64,000 nt of DNA, from assembly GCA_964445575.1 (NCBI GenBank), contig CAYULB010000006.1, forward strand, positions 1,061 to 65,060, in the 5' to 3' direction. The notes beneath the pieces are model-generated. The model saw only the letters and a list, made by a program, of their open reading frames with translations, was not told the DNA's origin and made no database searches. Shown in pieces: positions 9,423-19,836 of the stretch; position 1 is the first letter of the stretch, and each line of letters begins with the position of its first letter. The DNA comes from an uncultured Eubacteriales bacterium. Lineage in GTDB: Bacteria > Acidobacteriota > Aminicenantia > Aminicenantales > Aminicenantaceae. The position numbers and the translations under genes were made by a program.

Positions 9423-10315
9423 TTATTTGGGGGTCTTGTTCTCCACCGGTCGTGAAACCACAGCCAGTAAACAGGATGTTTTTTTATTTCTTTTTCTATG
9501 ATGTCTGTGCAGACTTGGGTGATATTCTTCACGTCTTTGCTGAAATCTCCGGTTAATTTTAGTGGGGGAGGCTCCATTATCTTCAAATGGTATTTATGGT
9601 TTGAGGCGGGATAACAAAAGATGGGGACGATGGGAGCTTCTGTTCTCAGGAAAAAGGTGGCCAGAGAAGGAGTGGTGGAGGCATCCCTTCCAAAAAATTT
9701 AATGAATATCCCTTCGCTTCTCAATACATTCTGGTCAATAAGCACAGCCACCATTTCATTTCTCCGGAGAGCTCGGAGTGTGTAGCGGGCTGCCTTTTTC
9801 TTGTAAATGACATGGGAGCCCATCTGGGCCCTGATTTTGTAGAGTTCATTTTCTAAGAGGGGATTATCAAGAGGCCGGGCTATGACATTCAGTCGAGCAT
9901 ATTTGGATAAAATCTGGGCTGCAATTTCCCACAGTCCAAAATGAGCGGTAAAAATAAGCACTCCTTTTTTTTGCTGGAGTTGTTTTTTCAGTATTTCTGT
10001 TCCTTGGCTGGAAACCAGTGATTCTCTTTGTTCCGCACCGAGTTTAGAAAGATGCAGAAGGTCCAGAAAAACACAGCAGAAATGTCTAAAAGAGGCTTTG
10101 ACAATGGCTTTTTTGGCTTGAGGGGAGTCTTTGCCTCCCAAGGCTTTGGTCATGTTGGAATAAACAAGCCTTCTGTGTTTGGTGTCCAGTGCATACACCA
10201 GGATCCCCAGTATTTGTCCGGCAGTGAAGACCGCACAGCGGGGTAATATTTTCAGAACTGTTTTAACTCCCAGGAAGAGTGAATGCTCAAATCTGTGTTT
10301 CCAAGAATTCTTCAT
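9419..10315 (-). CDS. lipid A biosynthesis (Kdo)2-lipid IVA late acyltransferase family (LpxL/HtrB-like)
   Basis: 'FTAHFGLWE' (HX4E) motif, 'HPVYWLWFHDRWR' C-terminal block, N-terminal TM helix, and adjacency to lpxK. Confidence 0.7.
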   Translation of the reverse strand: MKNSWKHRFEHSLFLGVKTVLKILPRCAVFTAGQILGILVYALDTKHRRLVYSNMTKALGGKDSPQAKKAIVKASFRHFCCVFLDLLHLSKLGAEQRESLVSSQGTEILKKQLQQKKGVLIFTAHFGLWEIAAQILSKYARLNVIARPLDNPLLENELYKIRAQMGSHVIYKKKAARYTLRALRRNEMVAVLIDQNVLRSEGIFIKFFGRDASTTPSLATFFLRTEAPIVPIFCYPASNHKYHLKIMEPPPLKLTGDFSKDVKNITQVCTDIIEKEIKKHPVYWLWFHDRWRTRPPNN

Positions 10316-10333
10316 TTTATTTTAAATTTTAAT

Positions 10334-11320
10334 TTAAATTTTGAGCAGGGTAAAAACCCGCTCAAAAAAGCCTTGTTCGATATCAAGGTCGATTTTTAAG
10401 TAGTACAAAGGAAGATCCTTTGAGAAATCCTTCTCCTCCAGTTTGACAGCATCTTTTTCAGTGGTGATGAGGACATCACTGTTTATCGATTTGTGTTTTT
10501 CTATTATTTTTTGGACTGCTTTAAGCGGATACTCAAAATGGTCGGGAAACTTAAGAAAAGCAGCTGGTTTGATTCCCTCCTCCTCCAGAGTTTTGATAAA
10601 TCTGTGAGGCTGAGCTATCCCACAGAATGCCAGTGCTTTTTTTTGTTTGAATTTATTTGCTGTGGTGAGTTGGCTGGTTCCTGTTTTTATGAATCCTTTT
10701 GAGAGGACAGAATATTCATAGAGAGGAGTACTGGGAAACCGTGATCTGAACTCAGCTTTTCTGCTTTTTGAAGAATCTTTTTTAAGCAGAATGATATGAG
10801 CTCTTTTTAAGGCGGTCCAGGACTCCCGGAGCGGTGTGTTTGCAGAAGGCTTGTGAAGGACAATGTCAAGGTCTTTTTTAAGGGGATAGTACTGGAATCC
10901 GTCATCCAGAACAGCGACGCGGTGTCCTTTTTGGGAAGCTCTCCGGCAGGATGCAATGCGGTTTTTACCTAAGAAAAAACCAGCTTCAGGGACATTCTTG
11001 GCAGCCATATAAGGTTCGTCTCCAAGGGTCCGCCAAGCGGGTTTGTGATTGTCCTGAGGGAGAACCTCTCCCCCACATTGTTCCCATTTTCCTTTATAGC
11101 CCCTGGAGACAAAAGCAGGGTTTAATCCTCTTTTTATCAGGACCTTCAGGAGCTTAACGGCCAGAGGTGTTTTCTCTGACCCTCCAAAAGTTATGTTTCC
11201 GACACTTATAACGGGAATGGGAACAGACTGCTGTTTTTTTATGTTTTTATCATACATGAATCTCATGATTCTGGGGCCCCATGTGTACACATGAGAGAAG
11301 AAATAAAGGATTGAATTCAT
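10334..11320 (-). CDS. lpxK: tetraacyldisaccharide 4'-kinase
   Basis: 'PVISVGNITFGGSEKTP' aligns by eye to the LpxK P-loop 'VGNLTxGGxGKTP'. Size (328 aa) and context fit. The glycine before the P-loop lysine is Glu here. Confidence 0.78.
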   Translation of the reverse strand: MNSILYFFSHVYTWGPRIMRFMYDKNIKKQQSVPIPVISVGNITFGGSEKTPLAVKLLKVLIKRGLNPAFVSRGYKGKWEQCGGEVLPQDNHKPAWRTLGDEPYMAAKNVPEAGFFLGKNRIASCRRASQKGHRVAVLDDGFQYYPLKKDLDIVLHKPSANTPLRESWTALKRAHIILLKKDSSKSRKAEFRSRFPSTPLYEYSVLSKGFIKTGTSQLTTANKFKQKKALAFCGIAQPHRFIKTLEEEGIKPAAFLKFPDHFEYPLKAVQKIIEKHKSINSDVLITTEKDAVKLEEKDFSKDLPLYYLKIDLDIEQGFFERVFTLLKI

Positions 11321-11440
11321 TTACTCTGGAATATATAACATTTGCCTGGGTTATGGCAAATTAAATTACTCACCTCTCTCTTTACTTTAGAAATGGCTTT
11401 GCTTATAATTGGGTGGACATTTGATAAGAGGAGGACTGTT

Positions 11441-12307
11441 ATGTGGAGAAAGATTTATACAGTAGGATTGGCTTGCTTATTGATCTTGGTTGTTTCTAAC
11501 TGTAAGAAGGAAGCAGGCATCAAAGGGATCGACCTGGATGTCACGTTTTCAGAAGATGAATTGTCAGACAATCTGGTTACAGATCTGACTTTTACCTGGA
11601 AGACCACCAGTGAGTTTGAGGGATTGAGAAGAGATTACAATGTGTTTGTTCATTTCTGGCACGGGGACAACCTGCTTTTTCAGGCTGATTATTTTCCAGA
11701 AATCCCCACTTCCAAATGGGAACCCAACAAAGAATATAAATTCACCCAGAGGATTTACATTCCTGTTTTCATCGATGAGTTTGATCCATCTTTTAAAGGG
11801 CAAGAGACCCTGAGACTTTCCGTTGGATTCTATTCTCCTTATGACAAAACCGGGGAATCCGAACAATTGGTTTTAAGCCGAAAGCTGAAGGTATCTCCTC
11901 CTCCACTGGATACTCCCCAGGTGATCTACATGGATGGCTGGTACAGTCTTGAAATAAAACGGGATTATCACTTAAAGAACTGGAGATGGACAGCCAAACA
12001 GGCCAAATGCATCATTGATAACCCTCATAGAGATGCCCTTTTGATCATTAAAGGAGAAGTCAATAAAAACGCCGTTGAAGACCAAAAAGTGATTTTTAAA
12101 ATCAATGATTGGGTTCTGGATGAGTTTGTTCCTGAGCAGCCAATTTTTGAGAAAACTTATAATATCAATGAAGAAAGGCTGGGAGAGGATGATGACTTTT
12201 ATCTGACCATAGAGACAGATAAAACTTTTATCCCTTCAGAATTATTCCCGGAGTCCACAGATGAACGGGAATTGGGCATAAAAATCGCCTTTATTTATTT
12301 TAGATAA
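11441..12307 (+). CDS. hypothetical lipoprotein
   Basis: ATG at 11441 follows AAGAGGAGG. Signal peptide with lipobox 'LILVVSNC'. No recognisable catalytic motif. The ORF track's upstream extension (11342) lacks an RBS. Confidence 0.5.
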   Translation: MWRKIYTVGLACLLILVVSNCKKEAGIKGIDLDVTFSEDELSDNLVTDLTFTWKTTSEFEGLRRDYNVFVHFWHGDNLLFQADYFPEIPTSKWEPNKEYKFTQRIYIPVFIDEFDPSFKGQETLRLSVGFYSPYDKTGESEQLVLSRKLKVSPPPLDTPQVIYMDGWYSLEIKRDYHLKNWRWTAKQAKCIIDNPHRDALLIIKGEVNKNAVEDQKVIFKINDWVLDEFVPEQPIFEKTYNINEERLGEDDDFYLTIETDKTFIPSELFPESTDERELGIKIAFIYFR

Positions 12308-12325
12308 TCAGGAAATTCAAAAATT

Positions 12326-14722
12326 TCATTGATTCTGACTTTTGGGGAAGATTGTTGTCCTGACTGAAATGGTTTCTCCGTCTGACACGATTTCCACAGC
12401 TCCATGGCGGGCTGTTGAGTAAAGCTGATTTCCTGTTTTTTCATAACGCTGGATGACTTCTTTGGCCGGGAGGCCAAAAGGATTGTTTTCTCCCACTGAA
12501 ATGACCACTATCTGGGGAGAAACAGCTTTGATGAAGCGTTCTGTATTGGAGGTTCTGCTTCCATGGTGGGGCGATTTAAGCACCTGGCACTTTATGTTCT
12601 GGTAATGGGACAAAATGTTCTCTTCAGCTTGATATTCGATGTCTCCGGTCAAAAGGAATGCTGTATTTTGGAATTGAAGCCTCATGACCATTGATTGATT
12701 GTTATTCACAGAAAGAGGCGGCTTTTCTGGTTTTTCTGGATAAAGTATATGGAGGTCGACATCTCCAATTTCAAATGAGTCTCCCCGGAATAATTTCCTT
12801 TGTTTGGTCTGGGGGTTCAGGCTTTTTTTAAAGGCGAGGTAGGTTTTTTCATCTCGTGGAGATATGGATTCCCAGAATTCTTTAACCTTGAAATTTTTAA
12901 CCACAGAAAACAGGCCGTAGAGATGGTCGGGGTGGGCATGGGACAGCACTAGATAGTCGATTTTTTTTATTCCTTTATTCCAGAGAAAGGGGGAGACAAT
13001 CCTTTCCCCGATATCAAAAGAACTATAAGCAGAGCCTCCTCCGTCTACCAGCATTTTTTTGCGGCCGGGAAATTCCACTAAAATGGAATCTCCGTTTCCC
13101 ACATCTATAAAAGTTACCCGGAGGTGTGGGGAGTTAGAAGGAAAGGGATAAGTGACAAGGATGATAAAAATAATAAAGAAAGCTAAGGATGTTAAAAGCT
13201 TCTGCCTTTTGATTTTTCGAGGAGCGAGAAAAGCGAGCAGAAAAAGGTAGTAGCTGATAACTGTAAAGAGATGAGGAGTGGGAATCCGGTAGGATAGGAA
13301 ATTTACAGAGGAGGAAAGATGGGAGACGTTACCTAGGACATGGATCAGAAACTCCTGAGCCTTAACAGCAAGCTGAGCCAGGCTTGGGGTAATAAATGAA
13401 AGGGGGATGAATACATAACCTGCTGCCATTATTAAGGAGAGCAGAGGAAGCGCAATGAGGTTGAGGATAAGAGGGGCGAAGGTGACCCGGTTGAAAGCTG
13501 AGGCTGTGATGGGAAGGATTCCCAGTTGAGCGGTAAAGGATAGCACCAGTATTTCGCTGATGTTTAAGGGAAGTTTGGGGAGATATTTGATTAGGAGGGG
13601 AAAAAATAAAATGATGGACAGGGTGGCTGCAAAGGTCATCTGAAAGCCCAGAGAGAAAAGGTGGAAAGGATTCACCAGAAGCAGGATGAATGCGCTTAAA
13701 GATAAAGTGTTTAAAAGGTTGGTGTCTTTCCAGATTAATTTTCCTATGAGAAAAATAAGAGTCATGATGGTTGCCCGAATGATAGAGGGCCTTCCTTCTA
13801 CCAGGAGGGAGTAAAAAATAAGGATAAAGATCAGCACGATATAAGATGTCCGGGAGGGAACATTCAGGAGTTTCAGAAAGGAAAATATTAAAAAGGAAAT
13901 GATGGCTATGTGAGCTCCGGATATGGCAAAGAGATGGTAAAGACCTGAGTCTTGAAGCGAGCGGGAGAAAGATTCACTCATCCGGCCTCTTTCTCCTAAA
14001 AGCAGAGCTTCCACCACCGCCCCTGAAGAAGAGAGAGCGCCCTGTTTTTCTACTGGGAAAAAAGCTTCGATTTTTTTCTGAATCTGGCGGCGCGCTTTGG
14101 AGATGAGTCTGAGCGGAGAGAAGAGACTGCCTGAAGACAATTTTTGGACCAGCAGAGGGGATTTGCAGAAGCCTGTTTTGTGTATTTTTCTGAATCTCAG
14201 GTAGGTGTTTGAAGAGGGAAGCCTGAAATTCTTGAAACCCTGGGAAGAAGAGACCCGGGTAGAGATTTTAACCTTATCATGGACCAGAAGATTGTCGAAG
14301 ACTTCAGAGTTTTTGCTTTGGGGAACGGATATCCTTATTTTTCCTTTAATTTTTTCTGTTTTGTTTTTATAAGAGATTTGTTTTGTTTTTATGTAGAGAT
14401 ATACCTGGTCATTGAGAAAAGAGGGGGATTTATAAAGCGTTCCTTGAATGTCCACATAGGATTCTTGTTTGAAGTTGAACAAACGGTTTTGGTGATATTT
14501 GCTGTGGGAATGGTTATACAGAGAAGCACCCAAGAGAAAAGTGCTTATGAGCAGAAACAAAAAGGCAGGGATGTTTTTTCTCAATGAAATCAAATTAACC
14601 CAGGCCAGTATGAGGCTGATCACTAACAGAGTCAGAAGCCAGAAGAGGGGCAGGGACAGCCCAGATGAGAAGAGAATCCCTGAAGCAAAAGCCAGGGCAA
14701 TGAATAAAAAAGGAAAAGCCAT
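12326..14722 (-). CDS. comEC: DNA internalization competence protein ComEC/Rec2 (membrane channel plus metallo-beta-lactamase domain)
   Basis: Many TM helices are followed by 'FIDVGNGDS' and 'LSHAHPDH' MBL motifs. The start overlaps the upstream stop by 1 nt (TAATG). Confidence 0.85.
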   Translation of the reverse strand: MAFPFLFIALAFASGILFSSGLSLPLFWLLTLLVISLILAWVNLISLRKNIPAFLFLLISTFLLGASLYNHSHSKYHQNRLFNFKQESYVDIQGTLYKSPSFLNDQVYLYIKTKQISYKNKTEKIKGKIRISVPQSKNSEVFDNLLVHDKVKISTRVSSSQGFKNFRLPSSNTYLRFRKIHKTGFCKSPLLVQKLSSGSLFSPLRLISKARRQIQKKIEAFFPVEKQGALSSSGAVVEALLLGERGRMSESFSRSLQDSGLYHLFAISGAHIAIISFLIFSFLKLLNVPSRTSYIVLIFILIFYSLLVEGRPSIIRATIMTLIFLIGKLIWKDTNLLNTLSLSAFILLLVNPFHLFSLGFQMTFAATLSIILFFPLLIKYLPKLPLNISEILVLSFTAQLGILPITASAFNRVTFAPLILNLIALPLLSLIMAAGYVFIPLSFITPSLAQLAVKAQEFLIHVLGNVSHLSSSVNFLSYRIPTPHLFTVISYYLFLLAFLAPRKIKRQKLLTSLAFFIIFIILVTYPFPSNSPHLRVTFIDVGNGDSILVEFPGRKKMLVDGGGSAYSSFDIGERIVSPFLWNKGIKKIDYLVLSHAHPDHLYGLFSVVKNFKVKEFWESISPRDEKTYLAFKKSLNPQTKQRKLFRGDSFEIGDVDLHILYPEKPEKPPLSVNNNQSMVMRLQFQNTAFLLTGDIEYQAEENILSHYQNIKCQVLKSPHHGSRTSNTERFIKAVSPQIVVISVGENNPFGLPAKEVIQRYEKTGNQLYSTARHGAVEIVSDGETISVRTTIFPKSQNQ

Positions 14723-16038
14723 TACGGATTGCGCTGTTCGAGCTGCTTTTGATAATCCAGGCAGTCCAGGAGAAGGTGGCAGAGGATTTTTATTCCAATA
14801 GGAATGCAGTTTTCATCTGGATTGAATTTGGCACTGTGCAGAGGAGAAGCTGTTTTTTCCCAGGGTAGCCTGGTTCCCAGCAGAAAGTAAAATCCCGGGA
14901 TTTTTTCTGAGTACTCTGAAAAGTCTTCCGCTACCATCTGCGGGTAAAAGGGGTTGACATTGTTTTCCCCGGCGGCATTCAGAAGCGATGGTTTTAAAAT
15001 GGAAGCAAGCTCGGGATGATTGTACAGGGGTGAAGCCCCTTTTTTGTATTTCAGGGAATAAGTCGCTCCAAAGGGTTTGGTATAGCTTGCTGTTACTTTT
15101 TCAATAAGCTGTTTTATGTTCTGTTGAGATTTTTGGTCCAGTGTCCTCACCGTGCCTTCCAGCTTTACTTCTTCGGCTATGACATTAGACTTTGAACCGC
15201 CAGATATTTTCCCGATGGTGACCACAGCAGGATTAACAGGATCCACAGCCCTGCTGATCAGGGATTGAATTCCGATCACTATTTGGGAGGCTATATACAC
15301 CGCATCGATTCCTTCGTGAGGCCGGGCTCCATGAGAACTTCTGCCGCTGATAGTGATTTCAATGGTATCTGCTCCGGCAAAGATGTTGCCCGGTGAAAAA
15401 AGCACTTTTCCTGTTTCTTCGTCCGGCCAAACATGAAAGCCAAAGATAGCTCTGACCGGAGGATTTTCCAGCACTCCTTGTTTTATCATTAAGTCAGCTC
15501 CTCCCTCTTCTCCTGGAGGAACACCTTCTTCTGCGGGCTGGAAAATGAACTTTATGTTTCCTTTGATCAGATCTCTCATTTCATTCAGAACCATGGCTGT
15601 TCCCAGCACAATGGAAGTATGGACATCATGACCGCAGGCATGCATAACGCCTTTATTAAGTGATTCATAGGGGAGACCTGTTTGTTCTTGGATGGGGAGG
15701 GCGTCCATGTCCGCGCGTACCCCGATTGTGATTCCTTCGTTTTTTCCTCTGAGCAGGCCGACCACTCCGGTGTGGGCCACTCTTGTCCGGACATCCATAT
15801 TAAGGGAAAAAAGCTTTGAGGATACCAGTTTGGAAGTCTCGAATTCTCTGTTGCTCAATTCAGGGTTCATGTGGAGGTGTCTTCTTATATCAAGGATGTC
15901 TTGTTTGTGTTTTTCAATGAGATCGGCAATTCGGAGGGCTGTGGCTTTGTTAACCGATAATAAGGGGGATGAAACTAACAGCAGGACAGCAGCGAAAAAA
16001 AAGGCTTTTTTCATTTCAGAATCTGACACCAACCGCAT
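14722..16038 (-). CDS. secreted M20D-family amidohydrolase (N-acyl-amino-acid amidohydrolase/hippuricase-like)
   Basis: 'MHACGHDVHT' metal-binding block and an N-terminal signal peptide. The start may be the internal MKKAFFF at 16014. Confidence 0.8.
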   Translation of the reverse strand: MRLVSDSEMKKAFFFAAVLLLVSSPLLSVNKATALRIADLIEKHKQDILDIRRHLHMNPELSNREFETSKLVSSKLFSLNMDVRTRVAHTGVVGLLRGKNEGITIGVRADMDALPIQEQTGLPYESLNKGVMHACGHDVHTSIVLGTAMVLNEMRDLIKGNIKFIFQPAEEGVPPGEEGGADLMIKQGVLENPPVRAIFGFHVWPDEETGKVLFSPGNIFAGADTIEITISGRSSHGARPHEGIDAVYIASQIVIGIQSLISRAVDPVNPAVVTIGKISGGSKSNVIAEEVKLEGTVRTLDQKSQQNIKQLIEKVTASYTKPFGATYSLKYKKGASPLYNHPELASILKPSLLNAAGENNVNPFYPQMVAEDFSEYSEKIPGFYFLLGTRLPWEKTASPLHSAKFNPDENCIPIGIKILCHLLLDCLDYQKQLEQRNP

Positions 16039-16089
16039 AGATTTATATTAAAATCACTGAGATGTCTTGTCAATGAAAGATATTGATGA

Positions 16090-17691
16090 TTAAAAGATAA
16101 GGTTTTCTCGGTAGGTTCCGTAAGCTTCCTTTAATACGGCTGTGATTTCTCCCACAGTGCCCATCTCCTTTACACAGTCCAGGATATAAGGCATCAAGTT
16201 TTTATCCTCTTCTGCAGCCTGCTTCAGGGATTTGAGAGAGGATTTAAGTTTTTTTTCTGATCTCAGCCTTCTGACTTCATTCAACTCATTGATTTGATTT
16301 TGTTCCAGTTCTTTAGGAGGATAATAGATTTCAAAAGACAGTTTGCTTTTTTCTGATTGGAATTTATTGACGCCGATGATATCTCTTTCTTTGTTTTCCA
16401 ATGATTTTTGGTAAGAATAGGCACTTTTCTGGATTTCTTTCTGGACGTATCCATTTTCAATAGCTTGAAGCATTCCCCCCATATCTTCGATTTTTGTTAA
16501 ATATCCATTCACTTTTTCTTCGATTTGATTGGTAAGATGTTCAACCAGGTATGAACCGCCCAGAGGGTCGACCACATCCGGAACTCCTGTTTCATAGGCA
16601 ATGACTTGCTGGGTGCGGAGTGCAATCTTGACAGATTCTTCACTGGGGAGGGCCAGCGCTTCATCCCGTGAGTTTGTATGAAGGGATTGAGTGCCTCCCA
16701 GTACAGAAGAGAGAGCCTGAAGAGCGACTCTTATGACATTATTTTCAGGCTCCTGGGCGGTGAGAGTGGCACCGCTGGTCTGGGTGTGAAATCTAAACTT
16801 CCAGGACTTTGGGTTTCTGGCACTGAATCTTTCTTTCATTATTTTTGCCCATATCCGCCGGGCAGCTCGGAATTTAGCGATTTCTTCAAAAAGGTTGTTG
16901 TGGGCGGCCAGAAAAAAAGAAAGACGGGGAGCAAAAGAGTCGATATCCAGACCCGAGTCAAGAACGGATCGGATGTAGGTTATGGCATTGGCAAGGGTAA
17001 AGGCCAGCTCCTGAACAGCGGTGGCTCCAGCTTCTCTTATGTGATAACCGCTTATGCTCATGGTATTCCACTTGGGCATGTGTTTCTGGCAGAAATTGAT
17101 GGTATCCTTGATGATTTTTAAGGAAGGACCGGGGGGAAATATATAGGTTCCCCGGGCAATGAATTCTTTAAGAATGTCGTTTTGTATGGTTCCTGACAGC
17201 TGAGACCCTGAGGTTCCTTTTAATTCAGCCAGTGCCAGATACATGGCCAGGATGATGGATGCGGTTGAGTTTATGGTCATAGAAACAGAGACTTTGTTGA
17301 GAGGGATTTTTTCAAAAAGGATTCTCATGTCCTGAAGAGAATCTATGGCAACTCCGACTTTTCCCACTTCCCCCTGAGATTGGGGATGGTCTGAGTCCAG
17401 CCCCAACTGTGTGGGAAGGTCAAAGGCAACGCTCAGGCCGGTCTGGCCTTTTGAAAGAAGGAATCGGTATCTTTGGTTTGATTCCCTGGCTGTGCCAAAG
17501 CCAGCATACTGGCGCATGGTCCAGAGCTTTCCCCTGTACATATCAGGGTAAATCCCTCTGGTAAAGGGATATTCTCCTGAATCTCCCAGATTCTTCTGGA
17601 AATCAGGTGATTGGATGTCCTGTTCTGAATAGATCCGTTTGAGTCCAATGGAAGAGGAGGTGGTGCGCTTTTTCCTTTTGTCTTCACCCAT
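16090..17691 (-). CDS. methylmalonyl-CoA mutase family, catalytic (TIM-barrel) subunit without B12-binding domain
   Basis: 'PFTRGIYPDMYRGKLWTMRQYAGFG', 'GLSVAFDLPTQLG' and 'ISGYHIREAGA' blocks. At 533 aa it ends before the cobalamin-binding domain. Confidence 0.85.
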   Translation of the reverse strand: MGEDKRKKRTTSSSIGLKRIYSEQDIQSPDFQKNLGDSGEYPFTRGIYPDMYRGKLWTMRQYAGFGTARESNQRYRFLLSKGQTGLSVAFDLPTQLGLDSDHPQSQGEVGKVGVAIDSLQDMRILFEKIPLNKVSVSMTINSTASIILAMYLALAELKGTSGSQLSGTIQNDILKEFIARGTYIFPPGPSLKIIKDTINFCQKHMPKWNTMSISGYHIREAGATAVQELAFTLANAITYIRSVLDSGLDIDSFAPRLSFFLAAHNNLFEEIAKFRAARRIWAKIMKERFSARNPKSWKFRFHTQTSGATLTAQEPENNVIRVALQALSSVLGGTQSLHTNSRDEALALPSEESVKIALRTQQVIAYETGVPDVVDPLGGSYLVEHLTNQIEEKVNGYLTKIEDMGGMLQAIENGYVQKEIQKSAYSYQKSLENKERDIIGVNKFQSEKSKLSFEIYYPPKELEQNQINELNEVRRLRSEKKLKSSLKSLKQAAEEDKNLMPYILDCVKEMGTVGEITAVLKEAYGTYRENLIF

Positions 17692-17693
17692 AT

Positions 17694-18989
17694 TCAGGAA
17701 ATATATTTTGAAAAAGCTTTTTTACCGGTGTAGGAGCCCTTTTTTCCCAGGAGTTCTTCGATTTCCATGAGCCGGTTGTATTTGGCGACTCTTTCTCCTC
17801 TGCTCACAGACCCTGTTTTGATTTGGCCAGTGTTCAAAGCCACACTCAGGTCAGCGATAAAGGTATCTGAAGTTTCGCCAGACCGATGTGAAATGACACA
17901 GCTGTAACCATTTTTTTGGGCATGTTTGACTGTCTCAATGGTCTCTGTCAGGGTTCCTATCTGGTTTAATTTAATGAGAATGGAATTGGCTGTTTTTTCT
18001 TTTATCCCCTTTTTCAAGATTTCAAGATTGGTGACAAAAATGTCATCACCAACCAGCTGGATGCTTTTTCCAAATTCCTGGGCCATTTTTTTCCAGCTTT
18101 CCCAGTCATCCTCTGCAAATCCATCTTCGATCGAGATTATAGGATATTTTTTTATAAATTCCCGGTAGAATTCGATCATTTCCTGAGTGTCTTTTTTTGA
18201 ACCGTCTGATTTTTTGAACACATATTGTCCGTCCTCATAAAATTCAGATGCAGCCACATCCAAAGCAAGACAAATATCAGTTCCCGGTTCATAACCAGCG
18301 CTTTGAATGCTCTGGAAAATCAGTTCCAGAGCTTCCTCGTTTGATTTGAGGTCCGGAGCAAAACCTCCTTCATCCCCCACCGCTGTGTTGTATCCTTTTT
18401 TATTAAGATTTTTTTTCAGATTATGGAAGACCTCGGAACAAATCCTGACGGCTTCCTTAAAATCAGGGCTATTCAGAGGAACGATCATGAATTCCTGAAT
18501 GTCCACATTATTGCCGGCGTGAGAGCCTCCGTTGAGTATATTGACAAGAGGGACTGGAAGTTGATAGAAGTCCCTTGGTTCTAAATAATGGAACAGTTCC
18601 AAGCCCATTGCATTGGCGGAAGCTTGGGCTACAGCCATGGAAACAGAAAGGATGGCATTGGCTCCCAGGTTTTCTTTGGATGGAGTGCCATCAAGCTGGA
18701 TAAGAATACCATCTATCTTTTTTTGCTGTGTGGAATCCAGCCCTTTTAATTCAGGTGCAATGACCTTTTCCACATTGGAGACCGCTTTCAGCACTCCTTT
18801 TTTGAGATACCTTTTCGGGTCGCCGTCCCTCAGCTCCAGAGCCTCTCTCTTTCCAGTGGAAGCTCCTGAAGGCACTGAGGCTTTTCCTGAATGGCCGGAT
18901 TCAAGGGTCACTTTAGTGGCTAAAGTTGGATTTCCTCTTGAATCCAGAATTTCCCTGGATTTGATTTCCTTTATGATTGTTTTCGGCAT
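17694..18989 (-). CDS. eno: enolase
   Basis: '[17 protein letters not shown]', '[11 protein letters not shown]', '[15 protein letters not shown]' and '[16 protein letters not shown]' blocks. Confidence 0.95.
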   Translation of the reverse strand: MPKTIIKEIKSREILDSRGNPTLATKVTLESGHSGKASVPSGASTGKREALELRDGDPKRYLKKGVLKAVSNVEKVIAPELKGLDSTQQKKIDGILIQLDGTPSKENLGANAILSVSMAVAQASANAMGLELFHYLEPRDFYQLPVPLVNILNGGSHAGNNVDIQEFMIVPLNSPDFKEAVRICSEVFHNLKKNLNKKGYNTAVGDEGGFAPDLKSNEEALELIFQSIQSAGYEPGTDICLALDVAASEFYEDGQYVFKKSDGSKKDTQEMIEFYREFIKKYPIISIEDGFAEDDWESWKKMAQEFGKSIQLVGDDIFVTNLEILKKGIKEKTANSILIKLNQIGTLTETIETVKHAQKNGYSCVISHRSGETSDTFIADLSVALNTGQIKTGSVSRGERVAKYNRLMEIEELLGKKGSYTGKKAFSKYIS

Positions 18990-19063
18990 AGAATTGGCTT
19001 ACTTAATGGATTTGTAGTTTCACAGAAAAAGAATGATTTATGTTTTAGGAAGAGCGGAGATAA

Positions 19064-19387
19064 CTATTTTTTTTCCTCGGTTTCTTCTGCCATTTCTTCA
19101 GTTTTTTTGCTGATTTCTTTCTTTTTTTTGTCGACAAAGTCTTTTATCGCTTCAACTCCTTCTTTTGATTTTTCTTTTGCCATATGAATCCCTTTTTCAG
19201 CGTCTTTGGAGAACTTTTCATATCTTTCTCTAGCTTTTTCTCCAGTCCTCTCCGCCTGATCACGGATTTTTTTTCTGGTTTCTTTGCCTTCAGCAGGTGC
19301 AAACAGGACTCCTAATATAAATCCTGTTGCAGTACCCAATAAAAATGATAAAGTGATTTCAACAGCACTTGAACCTTTATTTTCCAT
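19064..19387 (-). CDS. YtxH-domain protein
   Basis: 'GFILGVLFAPAEGKETRKKIRDQA' is the YtxH signature. The rest is a Lys/Glu-rich helix. Confidence 0.7.
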   Translation of the reverse strand: MENKGSSAVEITLSFLLGTATGFILGVLFAPAEGKETRKKIRDQAERTGEKARERYEKFSKDAEKGIHMAKEKSKEGVEAIKDFVDKKKKEISKKTEEMAEETEEKK

Positions 19388-19751
19388 TTTTTCCCTCCTT
19401 TTTCTTTCTTTTTAGCTGCCTCCAACCTAGCCTGATTAAAGGATAGACAAGAGGCCAGTATCTTGAGCTGGGCCTGATTATTTTGGTGGTCATGAACCAG
19501 GCTGCTTCTGACAATCCTATGGCTGTTTTTTTTGTGGCATCAAGAATATCCTGAACATCATCCACTTGAGAGTTTATTTTGAGACTGGCATCATTTAAGT
19601 TTTTAGCAAGGGAGCGGATTTCCATCATGGTTAATGTCGTCTCTTTTGCTGTTTTTCGCAGCTGGATAAGAAAAACAACCAAAAAAGTCACTGCGACTAC
19701 TGCGGCAAAAGTCAAAACCAAAAACAAAAATTGATTTAAAGTCAGTGTCAT
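19377..19751 (-). CDS. small membrane-anchored coiled-coil protein (DUF948-like)
   Basis: N-terminal TM helix plus a helical region. It overlaps the downstream YtxH gene by 11 nt, a pairing common for DUF948/YtxH. Assignment by pattern only. Confidence 0.45.
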   Translation of the reverse strand: MTLTLNQFLFLVLTFAAVVAVTFLVVFLIQLRKTAKETTLTMMEIRSLAKNLNDASLKINSQVDDVQDILDATKKTAIGLSEAAWFMTTKIIRPSSRYWPLVYPLIRLGWRQLKRKKKEGKNGK

Positions 19752-19836
19752 TTCCGTTTAGAATAAAACAAAAATGCTCTTTTGTCAATTTGTTGCCGAA
19801 TGGAAAGGGAGTCATTATAATAACAGAGAGTTGAAA

